Shown: positions 1 through 5,831 of the stretch, one piece after another
Layout: every line of letters starts with the position of its first letter
Position numbering within the stretch: the first letter of the stretch is position 1
Virus record (IMG/VR): IMGVR_UViG_3300017781_003142
Coordinates: 1-26,221 of that record
DNA: 26,221 bases
DNA from: a virus
Taxonomy: Duplodnaviria; Caudoviricetes
Reading direction: 5' to 3' (one strand)
Position numbers and translations under genes: made by a program
The notes under the pieces: generated by a model
What the model saw: the letters and a program-made list of their open reading frames with translations, nothing else
The model's database searches: none
Told to the model about the DNA's origin: nothing

Positions 1-41
1 GTATTGAGTGTGGTCATCCCACGTACTAAACTCATTGTCAT
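1..41 (-). CDS. 5' end of a hypothetical protein running off the window (MTMSLVRGMTTLN...)
   Basis: ATG at 41-39, frame open to the window edge, sigma70-like promoter just upstream (76-104). Confidence 0.55.
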   Translation of the reverse strand, partial: MTMSLVRGMTTLN

Positions 42-75
42 ACTATTGCGCCTTTCGTTTGCCTATTACTTGTAT

Positions 76-119
76 ATAATAGCACGCCAAGGCGCAAAAG
101 TCAAGTTATTTTGGTAAAA
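76..119 (-). promoter_or_regulatory. sigma70-type promoter with upstream TTTTACCAAAA box
   Basis: TTGACT (104-99), 17 bp, TATTAT (81-76); box at 119-109; same architecture repeated at 431-474. Confidence 0.7.
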
Positions 120-121
120 GA

Positions 122-382
122 TTACGCAAGAACTCTTCTTTTCATGATTTTGTATGTAGATTCTGGTCTACCTACTGAATCATGTGAGTTAGTTTCAACT
201 ACTCTTACGTCGAAACCTTCTTCTCTTAGTTCAGTTAATCTTGCACCTGGTGACATAATTTCTAAGTCATCAGTTAGATCTGAAGTTGTAAACGATTTAC
301 CGTTACCCCAATAGTTTGCTAAGATTTGTTGGTTTTGAGTTCCTTCGTTAAAGAACTTAGTACCTTTTGCTGTATTTGACAT
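122..382 (-). CDS. small winged-helix/HTH DNA-binding protein
   Basis: Likely start MSNTAK at 382 with AGGAG RBS (394-390); motif SPGARLTELREEGFDV resembles the phage HTH 'ARIxELRxxG' signature. Confidence 0.7.
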   Translation of the reverse strand: MSNTAKGTKFFNEGTQNQQILANYWGNGKSFTTSDLTDDLEIMSPGARLTELREEGFDVRVVETNSHDSVGRPESTYKIMKRRVLA

Positions 383-430
383 AATGTTACTCCTTATTAT
401 TTTTATTATTTTAGTTAACATATTAACAGT

Positions 431-474
431 ATAATAACATAATAAAGCGCAGACGTCAACCTTTTTTGGTAAAA
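431..474 (-). promoter_or_regulatory. sigma70-type promoter with upstream TTTTACCAAAA box
   Basis: TTGACG (459-454), 17 bp, TATTAT (436-431); box at 474-464. Confidence 0.7.
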
Positions 475-501
475 AGTCTATTTTCCGCGTATTTTAGCGG
501 T

Positions 502-969
502 TTATTTACTCATTAGTGCTACAGCCGCATCGTATTCATCGCGGGCAACAACACCTTCACGTAGCAATTTCTCTCTATTTGCCATGTGTTTCATTTCAAT
601 CTCGTCTTTAGATCCACCAAAGTATGCTACAGCATGTCCCTCTTCAATAAGAATATCAGTGCATCTCTTTTCGTCAACAATGAAGTCTCCAAGGATTCTT
701 CCAAATTTTCCTTTTTTGTCTTCTCCGCTTCTGTCAATTTCTGTTTTGAGATGTTGTGTTGATCCAATTGGTAACAGTTCTTTGAGTCTGTCTTTTGATG
801 CAAGTCCAAATGTCTTCTCCACTTTATCTCTTGTTCTTGATTCCGGAGTATCAATTCCCATCATTCGAACACGTTCTTTGTGCATCCATATACCAAAGCC
901 TAGATCGATATCTATATCAACTGTGTCTCCGTCTACTACTCTTAATATTTTACATTTATATTCGTACAT
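502..969 (-). CDS. thermonuclease (staphylococcal nuclease-like) family protein
   Basis: Motifs VVDGDTV, RVRMMGIDTPE and GKFGRILG. Confidence 0.9.
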   Translation of the reverse strand: MYEYKCKILRVVDGDTVDIDIDLGFGIWMHKERVRMMGIDTPESRTRDKVEKTFGLASKDRLKELLPIGSTQHLKTEIDRSGEDKKGKFGRILGDFIVDEKRCTDILIEEGHAVAYFGGSKDEIEMKHMANREKLLREGVVARDEYDAAVALMSK

Positions 970-978
970 TGTTTTCCC

Positions 979-1128
979 TCACTTTATATATTTTTTTAAT
1001 AACAAATAAATTGTATAACAAACAAACAAATATGCTGTTGCTATACCTACGTCTACTAAATGTTCTCGCATATGGTATATAAATTCTATACCTGCTTGAA
1101 CATCACCTTCAGTTACTTTGCCTTCCAT
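979..1128 (-). CDS. 49-aa single-TM hypothetical protein (not in ORF track)
   Basis: MEGKVTEGDVQAGIEFIYHMREHLVDVGIATAYLFVCYTIYLLLKKYIK; GGGAG RBS; fills the gap between neighbouring genes. Confidence 0.65.
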   Translation of the reverse strand: MEGKVTEGDVQAGIEFIYHMREHLVDVGIATAYLFVCYTIYLLLKKYIK

Positions 1129-1309
1129 CTAATATCTCCCTCATTACATTAGTTGCTGTATTAGTGAAGTACCTCGGTGCTACACTGTGTATAATTAAAG
1201 CAGGCACTAATAGTTGTAATTTCACTGCTGTCTTGAGTGCCGTCTTCATGTGTTGTATTGGTGTTTCGTTTACTTTTTCTAAGTGTAATTTACATTGTTT
1301 ACTGAGCAT
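1109..1309 (-). CDS. small hypothetical protein, DUF6356-like
   Basis: Likely start MLSKQ at 1309, overlapping the end of the upstream gene; HLxxVNETxxQH...IHSVAPxxFTNTAT pattern recalled from DUF6356. Confidence 0.6.
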   Translation of the reverse strand: MLSKQCKLHLEKVNETPIQHMKTALKTAVKLQLLVPALIIHSVAPRYFTNTATNVMREILDGRQSN

Positions 1310-1502
1310 TGTCGCCGACCATGTCGAACAAAGCAGGTCCAAAACTGCTTGCCGCCCATCCTAATGCTACAATAGTTACAACTCCATAAATTAACCATTT
1401 AATTTTAAAGTCGTCTACTACCATTTTTAGTGCAACTAACTCGTTGCCTAATATTCTTACTGCTACTTCCATCTTACCTGTATTATCTTCTTTGTCCGCC
1501 AT
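1299..1502 (-). CDS. small membrane protein
   Basis: AGGAG RBS; one hydrophobic segment (WLIYGVVTIVALGWAA). Confidence 0.7.
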   Translation of the reverse strand: MADKEDNTGKMEVAVRILGNELVALKMVVDDFKIKWLIYGVVTIVALGWAASSFGPALFDMVGDNAQ

Positions 1503-1511
1503 ATACTTCTC

Positions 1512-1721
1512 CTATTTTAATTCGCTACCTTGTGGCATACAATCTAACTGTACCTTGTAGTATTCATTTGTTCCATGGAACGACCACGAACTTGGGTTAA
1601 TTATATTTTCACATTGTTCTTGTGTCATAGGAGTATTGTATACATATTGGTTGCCAATGTACATCCATTCGTCTGAGGCTGTTTTGCCCCACATACTTAA
1701 TACTAATATAAACATTTCCAT
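1512..1721 (-). CDS. small hypothetical protein with hydrophobic N-terminus and two Cys
   Basis: ORF tightly packed in the operon; AGGA upstream. Confidence 0.65.
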   Translation of the reverse strand: MEMFILVLSMWGKTASDEWMYIGNQYVYNTPMTQEQCENIINPSSWSFHGTNEYYKVQLDCMPQGSELK

Positions 1722-1724
1722 TTG

Positions 1725-1868
1725 TTATTTTCCTTGTCCTTTGTATTTCTTGTAAGAACGCTTCTTACCTTTATTCATTGAACTAAACTTTGTTCTACTG
1801 TGGTTTCTTCCTATGCTTGTTTTCTTCGGGTGTGTTTCATGTGGTTCGTAATACTTGTGTAATTTCAT
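1725..1868 (-). CDS. 47-aa highly basic protein (not in ORF track)
   Basis: MKLHKYYEPHETHPKKTSIGRNHSRTKFSSMNKGKKRSYKKYKGQGK; AAGGAGG RBS; TAAATA box at 1895-1890; C-terminus resembles small basic proteins of marine T4-like phages. Confidence 0.8.
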   Translation of the reverse strand: MKLHKYYEPHETHPKKTSIGRNHSRTKFSSMNKGKKRSYKKYKGQGK

Positions 1869-1909
1869 AACCCTCCTTGGTTATGTACGTATTTATTAAT
1901 TTTTGTCAT

Positions 1910-1939
1910 AAAAAAAGGCCGCACTAGGCGACCCTTTTT
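1910..1939 (-). terminator. rho-independent terminator after the outer-membrane protein gene
   Basis: GGTCGC-CTAGT-GCGGCC hairpin followed by T7; A-tract on the other side. Confidence 0.8.
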
Positions 1940-1956
1940 ATAAAGTTTAAACTAAA

Positions 1957-2361
1957 TTAGAACGAGAACGATGCTACTAGTTTAATGTCCGAACGCTCAC
2001 CTGCTTCTAGGTCATAGTTCATTGAGCCTTCTAAAGACCATGCATCACTTAAAGCATAATCTGCTTCTAGTTCTAGCACTGGCATATGATCTAACTCATC
2101 TGTAAAGTTTGTATCTGTTACATCTTCCCAAAGGTTAAATGTAGTACCTACTGAAAGGTCAAGAGCAGATGTTGCCGCATATGTAAACTCTGGATTGATT
2201 GTTAAAACGTTAGTTTCTGCATCTACCATGTGAGTCATTTTTACTTCAGTATCTAAACTTAATCTTGGAGCAATTTCAGTTGCTTCTGCTGTTGCTGTTG
2301 TGGCCAATGTCGCTGATGAAAGCGCCATAAGGACCGCTGTGGCGATTGTTGTAATTCGCAT
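1957..2361 (-). CDS. small outer-membrane beta-barrel-like protein with signal peptide
   Basis: Start MRITT at 2361 (AAGGAAG RBS); Sec-type signal peptide; alternating amphipathic strands; C-terminal LVASFSF BAM-type signal ending in Phe. Confidence 0.75.
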   Translation of the reverse strand: MRITTIATAVLMALSSATLATTATAEATEIAPRLSLDTEVKMTHMVDAETNVLTINPEFTYAATSALDLSVGTTFNLWEDVTDTNFTDELDHMPVLELEADYALSDAWSLEGSMNYDLEAGERSDIKLVASFSF

Positions 2362-2433
2362 ATCTTCTTCCTTAAATTTTAAAAAATTAAAGAGTGCTAT
2401 CCCGGTTAGTATGCACTCCATATATTACTTATC

Positions 2434-2460
2434 AAAAGACTAGCAAACCTATGCTAATCC
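2434..2460 (-). terminator. second terminator-like hairpin downstream of tmRNA
   Basis: GGATTAGCA-TAGGTT-TGCTAGTCT followed by TTT. Confidence 0.55.
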
Positions 2461-2471
2461 GGTTCTTCAAT

Positions 2472-2506
2472 AAGAAAGGATGTTGTATTTCTACAACACC
2501 CTTCCC
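2472..2506 (-). terminator. hairpin at the 3' end of the tmRNA transcript
   Basis: AAGGGTGTTGTA-GAAA-TACAACATCCTT followed by TCTT. Confidence 0.7.
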
Positions 2507-2758
2507 AATCGTTCTGTTGCTAGGTGATCAACCCCGGTGACCTAAATTAGGCCGCCATTGCCATTTCTGGCGCATAATTGTCGTTTGCAATTATAAAGTT
2601 TGACCAATAACGCAGTCATCCGGTAAACTCCACTTCACTACAACACCAGTCGATCCTAGTTCGACCCCATCATAAGCACACTCAGTAAATGTGTTTATGG
2701 TGGAGTCGTCGGGTACTGCCCCCGAGTCCTGTATGCGTTCACGTTGCTTCAACGTCTA
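2507..2758 (-). ncRNA. ssrA: permuted two-piece tmRNA, alphaproteobacterial type
   Basis: Acceptor piece ends CGACTCC-A-CCA (2698) with GGCAGTA T-loop; 29-nt intervening segment (2697-2669); coding piece starts GGGGTCG (2668); 7-bp acceptor stem with G3-U70; tag ORF 2588-2547 ANDNYAPEMAMAA*. Outer ends approximate. Confidence 0.93.
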
Positions 2759-2763
2759 CACAT

Positions 2764-2794
2764 TATTTATACAGTCAAAAGGCATTCTTGTCAA
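2764..2794 (-). promoter_or_regulatory. composite tmRNA promoter: sigma70 -35/-10 overlapping a T4-type late box
   Basis: TTGACA (2794-2789), 17 bp, TATAAATA (2771-2764). Confidence 0.8.
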
Positions 2795-2822
2795 CCTTTT
2801 TTTATACTAAATACCTCCAATT

Positions 2823-3185
2823 ATGTTACAACATAAACATTTGATAGTTAGAGCAGAAGTAAGTAACCCTCCAAGGTACGAGCAAACAATTATCGATTGG
2901 TCATCTAATCTAATTCGAGACATTGGTATGAAAATAATGATGGGACCGTTTGCGAAGTATTGTGAAATGGAAGGCAACCGAGGCTTGACTTGTGTTACTA
3001 TTATTGAAACTAGTCATGTTGCAATACATGTATGGGACGAAGGTGCCCCTTGCTTAGTACAACTTGATGTATATACTTGTGGTGATTTAGATAAGCAATT
3101 GATATTCGATGCTTTAGAGAAGTTTGATCCTGTCAAGATCGATTACAAATATCTTGACCGAGAAAAAGAGTTTATTGAACTTTAG
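2823..3185 (+). CDS. speD: S-adenosylmethionine decarboxylase proenzyme (short class 1B-like)
   Basis: GLTCVTIIETSHVAIHVWDE (pyruvoyl-forming Ser) and QLDVYTCG motifs; TAAATA at 2808-2813. Confidence 0.88.
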   Translation: MLQHKHLIVRAEVSNPPRYEQTIIDWSSNLIRDIGMKIMMGPFAKYCEMEGNRGLTCVTIIETSHVAIHVWDEGAPCLVQLDVYTCGDLDKQLIFDALEKFDPVKIDYKYLDREKEFIEL

Positions 3186-3447
3186 AAACTGGCGTTGTTA
3201 CTTCTGAATATTTTATAGCAAACATTGTGCCTGCCTTGTGATCGTCTACATCTACATAGATATCACAACGACAATATATGTCTCCTGGTAAACTTTGACT
3301 ATTGCTTCTAATGTACTCTAATTGAAATCCGTCTTGATTGCATTGCTTCCACAAGTCTTGTCCTAGTTCACGCATTATCCACATGTTTTCCATGCTCTTA
3401 TGTGCGTGGGACCATTTGTATTCACACTGCCCAATTAAATATCTCAT
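3172..3447 (-). CDS. hypothetical protein
   Basis: TATAAATA (3459-3452) 4 nt upstream of the ATG. Confidence 0.65.
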   Translation of the reverse strand: MRYLIGQCEYKWSHAHKSMENMWIMRELGQDLWKQCNQDGFQLEYIRSNSQSLPGDIYCRCDIYVDVDDHKAGTMFAIKYSEVTTPVSKVQ

Positions 3448-3472
3448 ACATTATTTATATGCGTACTAAAAA

Positions 3473-3691
3473 CTATCCGCCTGGAGTAAATTTTTTAGAT
3501 ACAAACCAATTCTTTTGGTCGTGTATTCTTCCTAGTAGTTGTTGTATTTCATTCATCTCTTCTCTTAATTGAGGAGACGTTTCGCCTTCAGCAATGGCTA
3601 AACCTCTTCGGCCTGCTTTTGCTCGTAACGCTTGTTCGATTACTTCTATGTCTCTAACAGAGAGATTAAATTTTGTATTTGGTTTTACCAA
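3473..3691 (-). CDS. hypothetical protein (start uncertain; TTG at 3691 overlaps the end of the upstream gene)
   Basis: Helical-looking sequence FNLSVRDIEVIEQAL...LLGRIHDQKNWF; fills the operon gap. Confidence 0.6.
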   Translation of the reverse strand: MVKPNTKFNLSVRDIEVIEQALRAKAGRRGLAIAEGETSPQLREEMNEIQQLLGRIHDQKNWFVSKKFTPGG

Positions 3692-3894
3692 AGCCCTAAA
3701 GTCTTTCCATTTCCTGCAATGATCATAAAACATGTAACAACATGCAATACAATCCAAAAGGTGCGAAAAGCCAGAGCCTTCTTTACATCTGTTTGTGTAA
3801 TTGGAAGGAACTCTGGCTTATCGTTATCGTCAATGCCTATCGGCATGCCAACAGTCCTAGCCCATAATTTAAGCCAGCGCCGTTGTCCGCTCAT
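3685..3894 (-). CDS. small membrane protein
   Basis: TAATG coupling to the upstream gene; C-terminal hydrophobic segment. Confidence 0.7.
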   Translation of the reverse strand: MSGQRRWLKLWARTVGMPIGIDDNDKPEFLPITQTDVKKALAFRTFWIVLHVVTCFMIIAGNGKTLGLW

Positions 3895-4070
3895 TACATT
3901 GAGTTCTTTTTATCTTGAATTTCTGCTCTACGTGCCTTAGTAAGTTTACCAAGATCGCCTAGTGCTTTTCTTGCTCTTGTTGCCGCGGCTTTCACACCTT
4001 TTTCATCAAAAGTCGATGCTTCTGTTAGGTAATTGTTGAACGCTTGTACAATCTGTTCGTGGTTTGTCAT
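3894..4070 (-). CDS. 58-aa histone H1-like (Hc1-family) nucleoid protein (not in ORF track)
   Basis: MTNHEQIVQAFNNYLTEASTFDEKGVKAAATRARKALGDLGKLTKARRAEIQDKKNSM; GxKAAxxRARK motif; AGGAG RBS; consensus promoter upstream. Confidence 0.8.
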   Translation of the reverse strand: MTNHEQIVQAFNNYLTEASTFDEKGVKAAATRARKALGDLGKLTKARRAEIQDKKNSM

Positions 4071-4093
4071 AGTTTTCTCCTATTTAAATGTTT

Positions 4094-4122
4094 ATTATAT
4101 ATTACTTTCTAGCAGTTGTCAA
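4094..4122 (-). promoter_or_regulatory. consensus sigma70 promoter
   Basis: TTGACA (4122-4117), 17 bp, TATAAT (4099-4094). Confidence 0.85.
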
Positions 4123-4126
4123 CCGA

Positions 4127-4417
4127 TTATTGCAGAGCGATGCCAGTAGTCTTTTCGATATACTGTGCGGCAATGCCTTTTTCAGTTTTTGCTAGGCATG
4201 CAACTGATGAAGTTGCAAGGCTAAATTTACCATCTGGTGCTACACTAAACATGAATGGTGCTAGACCTAAACCTTGTTGTTGTGCAATGATTACCATTGG
4301 CTTGTTGAGTACAAAAGCCTTGTCAGACTCTGAATCGAGTCTTGCAACAAGTTCTTCTCCACTGCTAAGTTTAAAAGATACGGTATCTCCTACCTTATAA
4401 GGTGCTTCAATTAACAT
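4127..4417 (-). CDS. conserved phage protein, probable Sm-like fold
   Basis: GDTVSFKLSSGEELVARL...LNKP motif typical of T4-like phage Sm-like proteins. Confidence 0.6.
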   Translation of the reverse strand: MLIEAPYKVGDTVSFKLSSGEELVARLDSESDKAFVLNKPMVIIAQQQGLGLAPFMFSVAPDGKFSLATSSVACLAKTEKGIAAQYIEKTTGIALQ

Positions 4418-4420
4418 ATA

Positions 4421-4672
4421 TTATCCGTGTCCTGTTCCGTTGTAGTTTGTATCTTCGATATATTTTACAAACTGTTCGTATCCGCCAATTGATTTGCCGT
4501 ATACTTTGATTTGAGGAAATGTTTTTGCATCTGGAAAGTTTTCAAAAACTTCTTCTCTACTAAAATCTTGTCCGAGTGTTTTATATTTAAAATCAAACGA
4601 TCTTGATTCACATAATGCTTTTGCTTTCATGCAAGAAGGGCAAGCAGGCTTACCCCAGATTTCTATACTCAT
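4421..4672 (-). CDS. glutaredoxin (RNR reductant, T4 NrdC-like)
   Basis: CPSC active site, TFPQI cis-Pro loop, IGGY; ATGA overlap with nrdB. Confidence 0.92.
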   Translation of the reverse strand: MSIEIWGKPACPSCMKAKALCESRSFDFKYKTLGQDFSREEVFENFPDAKTFPQIKVYGKSIGGYEQFVKYIEDTNYNGTGHG

Positions 4673-5772
4673 AAACTAAATCCTTTAAGTGCGTCCTTAT
4701 CAACATCCTGTTTAATTCCACCGATGATGTATGATTCAACTTCAGTCTCCTGAGGTGCAACTTGCAATCCAGATGAACTTAGCCAGTGTTGTGTCCAAGG
4801 TAGCGGGTTAGTATTAACTGGAGCATCAAAAATTGTATCAAAGCCCAGTGCTTTTAGTCGACGGTTTGCAATGTATTCTACATACTGATTAAGTAGTGTG
4901 GTATTCAAACCAATCATACTGCCGTCTTTGAACAAGTATTCAGCCCAGTCTTTTTCTTCTGCAACACACTCTCGCCATAAGTCATATACTTCTTCTTTGC
5001 ACTCTTTAGCAATCTTAGCCATCTCTGGATCGTCTTTGCCTTGAGCCCATAGTTTTAATACATGAGTACTAAGTGCCAAATGTTGTGCTTCGTCTCTAGC
5101 AATAAGTGAAATAATTTTTGCACTACCTTCCATTAGTTTTAGTTCACCAAAACCAAATGTACAAGCGAACGAAACATAAAAACGTAAACCTTCTAAGATG
5201 TTTACAGTTTGCATTGCCATATAAAGTTTTTTCTTAACTTCATACATGTTACCTTCGCCACGATGTTGAAACGCATCTACTGCTTCATTAAACGCATCGT
5301 AATGTTTAGTAACACTCGTTGCTCTTGCAATAATTTTTTCATCATCTAAGATAGTATCAAACACTTCTGCTGGATCAGCATATACATTTTTCATAATATG
5401 TGTATACGAACGTGAGTGAATTGTTTCGAAAAAGTCCCAAGTAACAATACAACCTTCTAGTTCAGGAATAGATACATGTGGCAAGAATGCCAAACATGGA
5501 CCACGTCCTTGTACACTATCTAGTAATGTTTGATACTTTAGGTTAGCAGTAAAAATATGTTTCTGCTCTGGACGAAATTGTGCAAAGTCTGCTCTATCTT
5601 TTTGTAGACTTACTTCTTCAGGTCTCCAAAAATAACCTAACATTGTTTGATTAAGTTTATCAAACACAGGGAATTTGAATACATCATATCGCTGTGTATT
5701 TTGATCTGCACCAAAGAACATATTTTGTTTGGTGAAGTCTACTTTTTCTTTGTTAAAGACTGTCTTTGCCAT
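4669..5772 (-). CDS. nrdB: ribonucleotide reductase class Ia beta subunit
   Basis: FWRPEEV, LLDSVQGR, FETIHSRSY (radical Tyr), LEGLRFYVSF, RDEAQH, VAPQETE. Confidence 0.98.
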   Translation of the reverse strand: MAKTVFNKEKVDFTKQNMFFGADQNTQRYDVFKFPVFDKLNQTMLGYFWRPEEVSLQKDRADFAQFRPEQKHIFTANLKYQTLLDSVQGRGPCLAFLPHVSIPELEGCIVTWDFFETIHSRSYTHIMKNVYADPAEVFDTILDDEKIIARATSVTKHYDAFNEAVDAFQHRGEGNMYEVKKKLYMAMQTVNILEGLRFYVSFACTFGFGELKLMEGSAKIISLIARDEAQHLALSTHVLKLWAQGKDDPEMAKIAKECKEEVYDLWRECVAEEKDWAEYLFKDGSMIGLNTTLLNQYVEYIANRRLKALGFDTIFDAPVNTNPLPWTQHWLSSSGLQVAPQETEVESYIIGGIKQDVDKDALKGFSL

Positions 5773-5801
5773 TTCTCTTCCTTACTTACTTCTTCTCTAT
5801 T

Positions 5802-5830
5802 ACTATACACTCTGTATGCGTTCATGTCAA
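5802..5830 (-). promoter_or_regulatory. sigma70 promoter between nrdA and nrdB
   Basis: TTGACA (5830-5825), 17 bp, TATAGT (5807-5802). Confidence 0.75.
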
Positions 5831-5831
5831 C

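Noticed and set aside
2362-2421. Upstream ATG (2421) as start of the outer-membrane protein
   Set aside because: It would bury the signal peptide; 2361 has an RBS and the region forms a leader hairpin. A minor leaderless start cannot be excluded
2698-2730. Stand-alone tRNA-Ala
   Set aside because: No anticodon arm; the matching 5' strand lies downstream and leads to a tag ORF, so it is a permuted tmRNA
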